DNA of 62,203 nucleotides, counting the filler, from Choristocarpus tenellus KU-1152 (lineage: Eukaryota; Protista; Phaeophyceae): the NCBI GenBank assembly GCA_964200185.2. It is 8 parts of 8 records of this genome, joined end to end, with 100 filler letters (N's around TTAATTAATTAA, not from the genome) between each part and the next. Parts side by side here need not be neighbours in the genome. Positions count along the whole stretch, not along the records: positions 34,434 to 40,475 come from CAXNAD020009090.1; positions 40,576 to 45,493 come from CAXNAD020012540.1; positions 45,594 to 59,211 come from CAXNAD020001432.1; 5 more parts are not named here. The stretch is one strand, 5' to 3'. The notes under the pieces were generated by a model that did not search any database, was not told where the DNA came from, and saw only the letters and a program-made list of their open reading frames with translations. The position numbers and the translations under genes are program-made. Shown here piece after piece: positions 38,826-52,800 of this stretch; the stretch's first letter is position 1, and every line of letters begins with the position of its first letter.

Positions 38826-40261
38826 AAATGAAATAAACTCTCAAGTCAAACTTAGAACTTCATCCATGGAAAATGAGCGAATTACAAAAGATTGACAAAT
38901 TAGACTTTAAACGCAAAATGGTCGAAACCTGGGTATCTTTAGTTTACTTTGCCTCCTTACATACATGTTGCTTCTTGTCCCCCACCTATGACCAGATCTG
39001 CAGCACATACATGTAATAGTTCGAAGTGTAGGCATGTACATGATGTCGTTGGAGTATGAAATATCAACATTATTACAACTTTCTGTGAACCTATTACAAT
39101 ATATAGTATACTTCGTACCATGATGTATTATTCTAGGATTTTACTGTTACTACGGAACAAGATCGCAGGAACGTGACTGTAGCCTTTACAATCAGGTCGT
39201 GCTCAAATCGGATAAATAAATATTTGAGGTGAACGGTGAAGGCAAGGGGTATCTGGTGGTATGGCAGGAAGTTGAAGTTCGACAGGTAGCACGTGGCACG
39301 AACCTATTTCAGGTGTTTTGAGATAGTTGGAATTGGGCTGAAATTACATTCTATTGGTGGGGAAAAGCAACTCTATCTTGCGGTTTTTACATGAGGAATC
39401 ATACACTACACACACTACTGTCAGAGAACGCAAGTTAGAATGCTTATTGGATGGATTGGTGGGTGTAGATGATATATGGTGCTGTTGGGAGCGGTACAAG
39501 ACTTGAGAAATACAGCATTTACTGTTTGGTGTTCTCCAAACCGACATCAAACGTCTACTCTAACCTACCAGATATTACATATTATTTGACCATCATTCGT
39601 CCATTATATTCATCCATGAACATTTTCCAGATGTTTTGACCATAATTTTTTCATTTTACGAAACTCATGTGTGATCATCTTGCAATCAAATTTTGTGTGA
39701 AGGTCCATGATATTATTGGTATTCTGATATCCATATCAAAACATCCTGTCATTGCAGTATACTTTGAAGTTCATGCAGTATGACAGAGTTACGCTATAGT
39801 GGTACCAATAGGTTTTGCGTCTGGAGTTGTCCCGTCATAACGTTTGATGTAGACATCTGATTAAAAACCAAAAGGCATATTCGTGATGCCCGTCACAATG
39901 CTTTCCAGAGTACGGGCTTCGTTTTTGTTTTTCGCCAATTGTTTCTATTTTTGAGAAAGACCGGTCATATTGGGGTTCGAACCCTGGATTGTAGGTCGCC
40001 AAGAGTTGCAACAGATATAATATTACTTGATTAGAGTATAGGGTTTAGCCAGGGAAAAAGCCTCTCCACCCTTCTCCCTGTGTGTTCACGCACCCACTCT
40101 TTGACCTCGCCTAGGATGTCCTCGTCGAGGCCCAGAACGAAACCCCTCTGTTAAGATTATACTTTTATTTTGCTCACGAATTCTGGATTATTATTATTCT
40201 TTTATTTTCTATTTTTGCATTCCTCTCTAATCCTCTCCTCTCCCTATTCTAACCCCCCTTG

Positions 40262-40475
40262 TGATCAACCAGGGCACAACCCCTTTGCCACTGATGTCCA
40301 GCCACCCCAACTCTGATGACCAACCAGGGCAAACCCCTTTTGCCACTGATTTCCAGTCACCCCTTCCATCCGATGACCACCTGGGCGAACCCCTTTTGCC
40401 ACTGATTTCTCGTCACCCCCCCCATCCGATGACCAGCCAGTGCGACCCCTTCGCCACTGATTCTCGGTCTCTACC
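40262..40475. repeat. 55-56 bp minisatellite, 4 copies, cut by spacer
   Basis: gccactgat core at 40287, 40342, 40398, 40453. Confidence 0.88.
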
Positions 40476-40575
40476 NNNNNNNNNNNNNNNNNNNNNNNNN
40501 NNNNNNNNNNNNNNNNNNNTTAATTAATTAANNNNNNNNNNNNNNNNNNNNNNNNNNNNNNNNNNNNNNNNNNNN

Positions 40576-40679
40576 CCGAAACATTTGGAGCAGGTAAAAT
40601 TTCATCAAGAACCTGTGGGCAGCCAAGCCCTAAATGGACAAACAGGGCAAAATTCGTACCCTCTAAGATACTTTCACTC
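40576..40679 (-). mobile_element. MITE A, truncated by spacer
   Basis: Ends cgtaccctctaagatactttcactc. Confidence 0.85.
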
Positions 40680-43600
40680 ATACGCCACCCTCAACTGGTG
40701 TCTCCAAGAGCGCAAAATTGCAGAAGGTGGAGAGGTTGTCGATCAGGTTGGATACAATCCGGATCGTGATTGTGGCCGAGGGCAGTGCATGCAATAACAA
40801 TGCCTCCTGGTTGGGTCTGGAGAATCGCGACTGCGCTCTCATGGGCGGCACTTGTCTCTTCCTTGAACTTACGAAGGTCGTGCTCGGACTTGGCATTATT
40901 GTCTGGCGTAATCCGATGGAGTCAGGGCTGTGGTGAAGTCTGCTGCCGGGGGACTGGAGCTAGATGGGGTGCGCATGCCAGGAACCTCATCCCTCGTGGA
41001 GAAAATCAAGGCAACCAAAACACAATACACCTTGAGGGATCCGACACCAGAGGAAGAATGGCGCTACCGCAATGGCCATAAGGTTCCTCCCGAACAGACA
41101 ATCGTGACAAAGGTAGACACTCTCCACATGACGGTCCCCCTCCCTCGCACTGATCGGCCTCTATTTGCTACTGGCGACAACCCTAACCCGTACGCCCCTT
41201 GCCCACCCATACACCAAACACGCAATAGATATCGTTGAAAATTATGTCACATTCGTGACTCCCTTTATGTCGACACCACGCGCAGCATAAGAATCACACA
41301 TACGCACTTCCCAATCGACCGCAGACTGCCCACACACACTTACCATCATCTCCCTCTATTTTGCATAAGTCTGCCAACCGTCAAACTAACCCAAAACTCT
41401 AAGTTACTGTTTTCTTCCCCATATTAACGTCTGTCATTTACCAAACACTTGTTACTTGAATAGGTAGCACATATCACTCCAAAGAAAATGTCATCACATC
41501 GAATCGGTCACAGGACGCTGGCTAAGTACCAACGCTGACTCCACACGTACTACCCCTCCCCGTATACACACAATCACTATACCCCTTAGGATTGGACGGA
41601 TAGGGACGGCAGACCGCACAGTAACATGGCTACATAACTTCTATACATCGACACGTTCAGAACCCAGGTGATAGTCCATCTTCTGACTTACAAGATCAAC
41701 CGCGCGGGATGACACAACCCACATGTCCCCAACCCCAGTGGCGTAATGTCCATGCACAAGTTCTTCACTGGTCAGCGCAACACCGGAGACTCTCTCATAC
41801 ATTGATATACACCGAGTTGTCGTGCTACTACACGAACTGTTCCATCGGCAACCTGGCCCAACGCAGGTGGGAACTAACCCACGTACCCCCACTTAAGGAG
41901 ATAGACCTCGGATTTTCCATGGGAACAGGAATGGACGATATGTATCTGAGGAGCCAGCTGTCGAGGAAGAGGAGATAGCTCGCTGAGGGGAGCATATGCA
42001 TTGTGCGGACGTAGCCATCGGAGTACAATGGTCTAGAGTTCTTGCCTTGAAAGGACACGATTCAATGGAACGCCAGGCACCAATTCCAGCTATGCGGGGA
42101 TGTTCAGTGCTGGAGATGAGGTGGTCTTTGTCACTGAAGAGTTCGAGGTGCTGAATAGACACAATGGATTTCACAATCAAGTATATTGGACGTACGTATT
42201 TGCTTATTTTAATAATAATTGTTCCTTCTGTAAAATTTCTCTCACTTTCTTGCTTTCTCTGTTGAAAAAAAATAACGAAACCAAACAGTGCAAGAAAATA
42301 ATATAGAGGTTGGCCACTGTACAGAATATAAAGAATGAAGCAAGATAACCAAAGTTTGTTCTGGACAACGGACGTTAGAGAGAAAAAAAATAGCTAAAGG
42401 TTTGGTGGACAATATAAATTGTAGAGAAAAGGGCGTCGAATGTTGCCCTAACAATGGACGTTACGCGCAAGCCTCGTACTAAACATTGGACAACATAGAA
42501 CAAATGGACTCCAGTGGAATATTTTATCGACAATGAATGATATATACTCCAGAGTACAACTTACCCCCCAAGAGTGGTCCTGTTAACGAACCCATAGAGC
42601 AAAACAGTCCAGATGCTGTAATGGATAACGTATGCTATAGATTGAATATGACCAGAACTTTGTAGGGAATGCTAAGATGTGGTTTTTCACATAAACAACG
42701 TCACGGTAATAGGGATATTTTGGGGGCGACACCAACTATACCCGAAACACCTGGGATATATTGTATATGTCACAGTACAAGAAAGTGGCGATTTCAAGGA
42801 AGGCGTGTGTTTGCATTACAAGGTATAGACACCATAGGTCGTAACAAAGATGGTGTGGGCCTTGACCGTGTTGTGAGATTTTCCTCCTTTGTTTCAATAT
42901 GTTTATGTAGGATGTATGTGTGTGAGTATGTTTATGTTTCTTGATACCTTGTTTTTACCACACCTCTTCACCATTATTATTGCGAAAGTTCATGAAGTAA
43001 TCTGAGTTTAGTGGGCGGAAGAATTCTGGTTGGTTGGGGACACAGGGGAAGGGAGGGGACAGGAAATAAATAAAAAATAGCAAGAAGGGAATGAAGAGTT
43101 AAATACTGAGTGGTTGAGAGAGGGAGGGGAGAAGTTAAGAAAATGGGTGCCAGGCGGAGGCAGGAGTGGAGAAGGAATGGAGAGTATTGAATCGAAGAGG
43201 AAAGCTGAGGCTGGGGTTACGGGATGAGGAGGGCTAGGTCAAGACGACCCCCGAGCAAAATTTCCCACCCACCCGCCTGTCGCTTGCTCACAACCAACTT
43301 GGATCTCAGGATGGGAGGGGAGGTCAAGTTCGACTGGGGTAGATGTCTTCTAACTCAAAGGCAAGGTATGAAGGGGATGATGAAGGGGTGGTGTTGAGTG
43401 GTGGTGGAGTGGTGTTGAGTGGAGTGGTGTTGAGTGGTGTTGAATGGTGTTGAATGGTGAGATGGAGTGGTAACTGCATTATCATGTTACACACGGTAAT
43501 AGTCGCATGTTACTAACATCAGAATTCTAGTAAAGCTCTAGTGCTTAAGATTTTGATATCTTGCAAAATCTTCAATGATGTGAGTTGTGTGATCCAAAGC

Positions 43601-44338
43601 CAACGAAGAGGTCAGACTGAAAAAGGGTTCCTAAGAGGCAAATCATAGACCAAGAAAGGAGGGCAATGGGTATAGAATAACACAAAAAGTACGTAGAAAT
43701 ATATGATTACAAAAAAAATCGTTTCTACATAATATGATATGCGTATGTCGTCATTACCATATATATATATATGCATTGATCAAACAAGGGCGTGTCCTAG
43801 AGGGAGGTAAGAAGGATATCCTACTTCAGAGTTTAGACTGAGGGGGCGCTTTTAATGGGTAGGAGTTACCAAAAGAGAGTTGTATCAAGTCGAATATTTA
43901 CATTGCAACATGGAAGCAGGTGGAAATCCTGCTCCAACACCAATACAAGCGATGCGTAGACAGCATAATGGTAAGTTTACTGTAGGACTACTCTGGAGTG
44001 CTCAATGTGTATCTGATTCAAAATCACAATAGATGCCGACCTTTCGATTTCTGTCCACCAAACCCCATTGATCCATGTGCAATATATTGCTTACCATGAC
44101 ATGGGAGGCTTGGGCGATCTGTTTGCTGTGGTTCGACTTATGTGTAGTACCCAAGGAGTGAAGGATGTAAAGGGGCTTTGAGCCAGTCTCTGGATATTAT
44201 TGAAGATATCATATAAATGCAGAACCCGCATCCATCCACATACTCTACCCAATTCCAGTCTTATTTCTATTTTAGAGAAAAAAGGGATGGTAACTAGGGA
44301 TAACCCTGCTCTCCATGTTCCACGATCAAAGCAGCAAG

Positions 44339-44803
44339 TGTTACAGGCGAATAGCGCGAGCATTTCTTGCTGCGTGCCAAAATGCGCGAACAGTATACAT
44401 ACGTAAGAATTCATATAAGAGGAACTTTGAACTGATAGAAGATGCAAACTAAGATTCGAAATACATACATAACCTTACAGAATAGATGTCAATTCTTGAA
44501 AGTTGAATAATAAAGATTTATGGTTGGAGAATTTTACACAGGATTTTGCTGTCATCATTTAACTCTTTGGCTGTAGAAAAACAGTGAATGACGTTAATAA
44601 AAGGCTGAATCATTGACCACGACTCAGTTCTTTGATCCTTACCCTCTTATAATAAAGCGAAAAGTGAGACATTGACTGAGCTAAGCATCAACTGACACCA
44701 TACATGGTCATCATCTATGAACCCCCGCGCAGCGTCGTTTTAAGGTCGTTGGATTTGGGTTACATATCATGTGGAGGTGAGTTCTGAGGGGCACGCTGTA
44801 ACA
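44339..44803 (+). mobile_element. Solo LTR (465 bp)
   Basis: TGTTACAG...CTGTAACA termini and 4-bp TSD CAAG; homologous to 35876-36346. Confidence 0.85.
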
Positions 44804-46855
44804 CAAGTGTTGTTCTTACTAGTAATTCTATATGACAAATTATGATGTTGTCAAGTATTATTACTTAAGCCTTGGGATTATCTACCCTGCGGTCAGAGCC
44901 ACTAGCCTTCAGAGGCACTACACACCGCAGTACTTCTCATACAAATTGCTGTAACTGCAATCGTCACTCCTCCTCCTCTCACAGATCTTGTGGCAACCCC
45001 CCTGGGCTCAGTGTCGCCCCCCACTGATGAAGCCATGTCACCCCGTGTGTGTATGTTATCACCCTTGGACCCCAGCACTTCACCTTAGACTGCGAAGAGA
45101 TCCTACCAGACACACTCAACTGTCTCCTGGGAGTACACATTGAACACCCCCACTATTTCCTTCAGTTGCTGTATGGAATGAGATAATCCCAGGTCGTTGA
45201 GGTTGTGATATACAGCGATTGGTGAGTTAGATTGGTGGAGGTGTGTAATCTTTAGTGCTTTCCATGAGAAACATAGATAAACGAAATCAGTTTTCCACGG
45301 AAGGAAATACGGTATTGATGAGGTCTGAACTTGCGAAACTCACGAAGGGTTGGTGAGTAGAGTCTCTTCCACTGACCACCAACCTAGCATGCTCATTACT
45401 ACATTATTAAAGGCAGCAATTTGTTCGTAGATAGTACTGGTGATGCACTATAGACACCATCGGTGGAGTAGATTAGGAAATGCAGACACCACTNNNNNNN
45501 NNNNNNNNNNNNNNNNNNNNNNNNNNNNNNNNNNNNNTTAATTAATTAANNNNNNNNNNNNNNNNNNNNNNNNNNNNNNNNNNNNNNNNNNNNTCTTCCG
45601 TTCGGGGGGGGGGGGTTTACACCAGGGTGTCCATTTATACCAAAACCAGGAAAAGTGCACTTTCATTATCCATCCAACGTATGGAACCAAATCATCCAAA
45701 AATCGCGACATGAAAAAATTGGGTCCAAATGGACGGACGCCACCCCCCCCAGATACTTTGAGCCATTTATTCCTTGATTCTCGCACTTTGGGTTCAGCAC
45801 TCCCACCACCTGTCGCTCTACCTCCTCCCTAAACCCTTTGTGCCAAACTCACCTTGACATTGCCATCTCAACCTTGGTCCTACGTTTCTTGAGGCATGGT
45901 GACAGATAGGATATTATATGTGCACGATCTTTTGTGCTTGCCATTTGGAGTTGGATATTCAATATCATATTTCCATGAGGAGAAGTCTGGAATGTTTGAC
46001 TCCCAAAATTTCATGTAGGGAACAACGCCCACAACCTTTGAGTCGCAGGGAAGCGTAGGATGTTGCAACAGGAAGGCATCCTTAGCACATATTAGTGAAG
46101 CTGATAGTTCTCGTACCGTACCCCCACCCATAAATTATTTTCACTAAATTACTCCAGGAGCATATGAAGGTTTACCCTGGGCTGACCCTCTAAAAACGTA
46201 CAATTCAGGCTCATCCAAGAAGCTAAACACTCTCCCAAGACCTCTAAATACCATTCTGTCTAGCATGATATTTTACAGCATATCTTTGACACAATCGGTG
46301 GTGATCCTCCTCTCAAGCTTAGAGTTATTTGCTGTGTAGATGGATACATGTGCATGATATTCAAACTGCTCAGATTACATATGTTTCATCTGGATATCGA
46401 ATATTATCCATTTCTAACCCTAGATAAAGTTGGTTGATGCTTACACCACAAGGACATTGAAAACAATAGAATAACTTGTCCCTGCATCACTATGTTGTAT
46501 AAACTGCAGTAGTGTCCAATCACATGTGCTGCTTGTATCTTCCCCTCGAGTGGGAAGGCAACTGCCTCTGAGGATCAAGGATGCCTTTGGAAATCTCTGC
46601 AACATATCTTGAAGCATTAAAATTACGCACATAATTGGATATTCGACAGTTTGTTTTGGGGGCAATGGAAAGATGGACTCCCTATGATGATATGTGTTTC
46701 GAAGTTTGGTTGGACGGATGTGATGTAGTGTCAGGTCTCTATGTCTAAAATGAGGAAAATGTCCTATCAGCCCTTAAGTTCAAGGAATGTCAAGCCCCGT
46801 ATGCTACTAGCGACACAATCCAGAGTAGACCTCTACATTTTTGTTTTCTTCTCAG

Positions 46856-49800
46856 GTGGCCATTCCATCTGTACTTGAGAATGGTACTGTTACAACATGG
46901 AGTACTGCTTCTGCCCGTGACAAAGATAACCCCACTTGTGGTCTGGATAAGGTCAAGAACAGAGACTACGGCGGCTGTCTGTATATGGTAAACAAGCCTC
47001 CAAGGTGGAATGATCAGGTGAGTTGCCTCAAGATAACACACAATATCTGAGGTTTTCACAATAGAGCTAAAAGATCAGAGCTTGGGTTTGATTTTGACAC
47101 TTGTTCCAGTTTGGACATTACACACATAAGTGAGCCATAGGCCATGACGCATTGTCAGAAAATGATAATTAACTAAGCCACGGACTGTGTTTCAATAACT
47201 CGTTCAATGCCAAGGTCAAACAGGAGGAATCGGTAAATACATTACTTGAAGTAATTGAGAAAAATGTGCCTTGATAGATTAGGTTTTCCATAGCCCTAGC
47301 TAGCAAAGGCCCGCCAAAGCCACTGGAATTTCAGACCAAACACCACTGCGCATTCATCATTGTAAGAGTGAGACTGTGATTTGGGAAAATATTGACAGAA
47401 TATTAAGGGAGGTGAAAGGTGTGGTGGAATTGGTGACGAAAAATAGTTCCTACGACTCCACTTGATCAACGCTTGTATAGTACCAGGTGGGTGAATTTTT
47501 CAGCAGTGTTGGCAATGTTTGGTCAATTTGGTTGGCGAAATGGCATGAAGGAAGAAAATAGTATGCGGAATAGCAAGGCTTCCTTGTGTTCTTCAAGATA
47601 TTATCGCACTAGCATATTGTACTGATACTACATTTTTTTCTTGGCAACAATCACTAGAGTATGGCCAACTATGTCTAGGTTGCTACCAGCGCCTCCTTAG
47701 AACCTATGGCGATTTCTACTAGATGTTGAGAGTTAAAGTATCTTAGAGGGTACGAGTTTGGCCCTGTTTGTCCATTTGGGGCTTGGCTTCCCATGGGTTT
47801 TTATATGACAATTCCCTACTCCAAAATTTTCGAGTAGGTAAAATGTGTGTGTTATGAAAAGGTGTGTCCGGAACAAGGATATTGACACTTCTGAACAAAC
47901 ATGATAGCCAAAATTACATCAAAATCGCAACATTGGATTGTGGCCCCCAAATGGATGCAAATCTACCCTCTAAGATACTTTGGCTCTTGAGTCTGACCTG
48001 TGAGGTATGGTGATATGTGGTACAGTATGATGAGGTGGGGAGAGTTGGATTGTGATTGTTCAGATGAAGGACTTGACTCACTGAGAAGTTTGGGATCGCT
48101 CATTGCGGAGTGCTTGATACGATATATTAATCATTTTGGGGCACAGTCAGAATCTTTTGAGCTTAGGACATGAAAAACGTGTAACAATGGGTAGTACCAC
48201 GAAGGCGGTTGGGCCATTATGCAACTTTTGATTATTGGAGAAGGAGCTGGAAGAAGATTAGAGACCATGTTTAGCTCGAGTCAAGTTCACTTTGAAAGGC
48301 ATTGTTGCAAGCAAAGAATACTGCAGATGTGGTGGTACTCCGCAATAGTCAACCATTGATCAGCTGAAACTTGAACATTATTCTACAAGGTAGCACCATT
48401 CCAGCACTTGGTATAAACAAGCACGGAGCATCACGTCCAAATATCAGCTAGAGAATAAATTGTGGCTCTCTATCGACCCCATCTCCAACCATTGAAACGG
48501 GCATAATTGCACCATAGCTGGAGCCCAAATTATTAACTCTACCCTCATAGCAGCCAAATGAGATCTCACCAACCTCAGTCCAACCAAAGGGCAAATATCT
48601 CAAGCTGGAAAAAATGATATGCACAATGTGAGGAACAAATCGGTAAAACAGCTGATATACAAAATGCGAAAGAAGAAAAATACTAAAAATAGTGGGATCA
48701 TCCGATTTCGACAAGCTATCAATTCTCATATCCCTAAGTATGTTTTAGTCGAAATACGTCGAAGTACATAGTTTCATAGATAAATTTGTAGTGATGTTTG
48801 AAGGATAATGCCGTCCCTGTACCTTCCTCTGTCTTTCATACCTCCTCCATTCAGAAAACAATTCAACATAACTATTGCAGCCCCAATGAAGAAGCAAGAC
48901 GTTTTTCCCTTCTTTACGGATGTATTGTGCAGACACTAAAAGGTTGCCCACCAAAATCTCAAGCAAAATGGGAGTTAAAGTATCTTAGAGGGTACGAGTT
49001 TTACCCTGTTTGTCCATTTGGGGCTTAGCTCCCCATCTTTTTTTAATGACATTTTCCTAGTCCAAAATGTTTCGAGTAGGATAAATGTATACGTTACGAA
49101 AAGGTGTGTCCGGAACACAGAAATTGACACTTCAGGACAAACATGATAGCCAAATTTACATCAAAATGACAACATTGGATTATGGTCCCCAAATGGACGC
49201 GGTCCTACCCTCTAAGATACTTTGGCTCATGGGGCAGCCTACACCTATCTATGATTCCGCCCCTAAAGCCCTCCAAGACTACGTTCCAGCACAGTAGTTC
49301 ACCACATCTACTGAGGCATTTGGGGGGAGCTTATCCGCCTTCTCAGCCTTTTCCCTGCTAAAATGGGGAATTTTGAAGGTGTTGTCACCCTTGGACTCTA
49401 GTCACTCCGCCATACACTGCCAAGAGGCTCTGACAGATGCACTCTAGTGTCTCCCAAGGGTACACATTGAACGCCTCCATTGTGGCCTCCACCAACTCCT
49501 CTGTGTTGGTCACCCCCACGTCTTCCTTCAATTGCTGGATGGAAAGAAGGAATCCCAATTCGTTGACATTGAGGTCAGGCGAGTTGGCTGGCTGGGTCTC
49601 TATGAAATGTAGTCCCCCACCACCTCCTTGATAACCTCCATGATCTCCCCCTTGGTGTGTGCTTTGCCCCATCCTGCCACACGAAAATGGCGTGCCCTTC
49701 CGGCCTAGGCATGCACGCCTTGATTGCCGGGATGACATCCTCGATCGTGAGCTTCTTATACCTCTCTCCATTCTCCGTGACTGGCACAAGCACCTTGATG

Positions 49801-52800
49801 CCCTTGGGTAGTGTTTGCTGGGGCACTGAGCGACCTTAGTATCCACGATTGGCCACATCCCGATATTCCTATTGATATTCCCATTGAACCACACCCCGTT
49901 GGAGAGCTTCCCAGGGCGGGCCACAGCTACGAGGAATATCACCTTTGTAATCTACTGCCTATTCTGGGGGGTTGGGGGGGTCCTCAGTGGGGTGCAGGTA
50001 CACACCAGCCCATCTTTGAGGATGCAGAACCACTTCTCATCCACATTCAAGCGGTCATATAGATCGCCCACTATTACCCCACTTCCCACCCTCCTGTGCA
50101 TGTGGCTGGTGACAAAACATCCCCTGCTGACTTTCTGCTGGTCTAAGAGGACTGGTTTAATCCACCATTTGACCTTCTTCACCTTCTTGCGCTCGTACAG
50201 ATCCCACAAGGAGGCAAGGGAGTCCCCAGCTTTGGTTGCCCATTTGCGAAAGGATGTGTGGTGTACCAATGGGACATACCAAATGTTGAGGATACTTGAA
50301 CGGCAGTCACATCACCCCTTGCGATGTCATACAAGGTTCATACATGCACCCCATGCGATCTGTCTGTCATACTCCTTCAGATGACGCAACACAGTGATTA
50401 GGGAAATTCAAATATCCTCTGCGATGGCCACCGCTGTCTGCTGAGGTAACTGAGTCTCGTGCCCTCTTGCCTCCAGGCATCACACGACCAGGCTGTTCTT
50501 CGTTGGGGTACTTGAGTCCTGACCCAGGACAGACCTCAGGGCCAAAGAATTGGGACAAACTACTGGCTACAGTATGAGCGAGCTGCTGGAATGATGGGAG
50601 GCCTTCATCCTAGGCATCCCAATAGTTGCCCGCATTTCACGAAGGTCTTTTGAACCCCGTCAAATTCGACTTGGTCGACTTTGCACTGGTGATCCTCCAA
50701 AATCATGACAGTCCACCATCTCAGACTTTGCACGCCTCCCAATCTATGCGAGAACTAAGTAAACCTCTTACGGAGGGCTTATCTCATGGGTCGTTCCCAG
50801 GCGAGAACAGAGGTTGCAGAAGTTCTGAGTCAAAGAATCCTAGAGGGTAGAGCTGTGTCATTTTGGGGGCCAAAATCCAATGTCGGGATTTTGATATAAT
50901 TTGTGCTATCGTGTTTGTTTGGCAGTATCAATATCCTTGTTCATAACACAACATTTCACTGTTTTATTCATGATACCTACTCCAAAACGTATGCATTTTA
51001 CCTACTCCGAAACGCTTCTAGAGTACGAAAATATCATTAAAAAACCTGATGGAAAGCCAAGTCCCAGACAGACAAGACCCAAAGCATTTAAGAGGGTAGG
51101 TTCTCAAATAATCTTAGAGGGTAGAATCACGTCCGTTTGGGGGTCAAAATTCAAAGTTGCGATTTTGATGTAATTTTGGCTATATTGTGTTTGTTAGGAA
51201 GTGTTGATATCTTTGTTCTGAACACACCTTTTCATTACGTATGCATTTCACCTACTCCGAAATATTTCAGATCTGGAAAATGTTGTAAAAAACTCGTTGG
51301 AAGCCAAGCCCCAAATGAACAAACAAGGGAAAAGGCTCAAAGTATCTGTGAGGGGTGGCTGTCCATTTGGAGTCAATTTTTTCATGTTGCGATTTTTGGG
51401 TGATTTAGTTGCATACGTCAGAGGGATAGTGAAAATGCGCTTTTCCTTATTTTGGCCCCAATGGACACCCTGGTGTATAACCCTCCCCCCCCCCAGATAC
51501 TTTGGCTCAAAGCCCGTAACCTCTAAGATGCCTTCACTCAGGGCCCCCTCCGTTTGGGGTCATAAATCCAATGTTGCGATTTTGATTCATTCTGGCTATC
51601 GTGTTTTGTTAGGTAGTGTCAATATCCTTGCCTGGACACACCTTTCAGAGTCGTATACATTTTAGGTAACTGTGTTCACACAGAAAACCAAAAAAGGGCA
51701 TAAGAAACCCGTGGGAAGCCAAGTCCCAAATGGACAAACAGGGAAAACCTACTACCCTATTGCATGCTCTGGGTTCAAACAGGGCAAAACTCGTACCCTC
51801 TAAGATACTTTCACTCTCCGTTACACTTAACTCCGAACGGAGGAAGTACTGTATATCTCTAACATGTGATGGTGGTTGAGCTCAGTGGGATGGTATCGCT
51901 GTGAGGGCAATCATCTATTGTATGAAGAGTATAACTTCTACATCCAAATATTGCCCCTATATCTCCACCACCATTCGCCCTGCTGACTAGTGTCATTATT
52001 TGTTCAGCAATCACTGGCTTTGCCCAATATTCTTTCGGTTGATGCCAAGTTACTACACTGGCATAGTTTCTGCAAACCAACATTGAGTGAAAGTAAAGAG
52101 GTCTCTGGGGTTTCTTTTTAAGTATGCTTACAAATGTGCAAAATTCGGCTTGCCGCACAAATGCGTACAAGCTTTCTAAATTCTGATTGGAAGTATCTTA
52201 GAGGGTATGAGTTTTGCCCTGTTTGTCCATTTGGGGATTGACTTCCCAAGGGGGTTTTATTACATTTTCCTACTCCAAAATGTTTCAGAGTAGGTCAAAT
52301 ATATATGTTATGAAAAGGTGTCCCCGGAACAAGGATATTGACACTTCCTAACATACAGGATAGTCAACATTTTATAAAAATTGCAACAATGGATTTTGGC
52401 CCCCAAATGGACGCGGCCTTACCCTCTAAGATACTTTGACTCTTCGGTTCAAAATGTCCAAACAATAGAGAAATCAACACTAACAAAACAAATTTTATAA
52501 CTTCATCCATACAAATAAGGGTATATTACAAAGATGAAAAAGTGGCTAAAATTACAACAGTCAAAATCTAGATACCTTGTCTTTACTTTGGCTCGTTATG
52601 GTAGGCTACCTCCACCCAACTAGCATAATTTGTCTCATAGCAATTTGATATTGTGGGAAGTTATGTCAGTGGAGATATCTTGACACCTACTGATACTGTT
52701 TCAAACATCTTGTAACCATAGTGGTTGTTGCTATGTTAGCTGTGAATCCAATACCTCTTTAACTTCTGACAGACCCTATCCAAATGCTTAGCCTACCAAA

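Noticed and set aside
39960-40020. tRNA gene or SINE from GGTTCGAACC B-box (similar at ~33105)
   Set aside because: No cloverleaf or clear A-box, and no second copy in the window.
42661-42962. Possible solo LTR TGTAGG...CCACA
   Set aside because: No TSD, weak terminal inverted repeat and no second copy.
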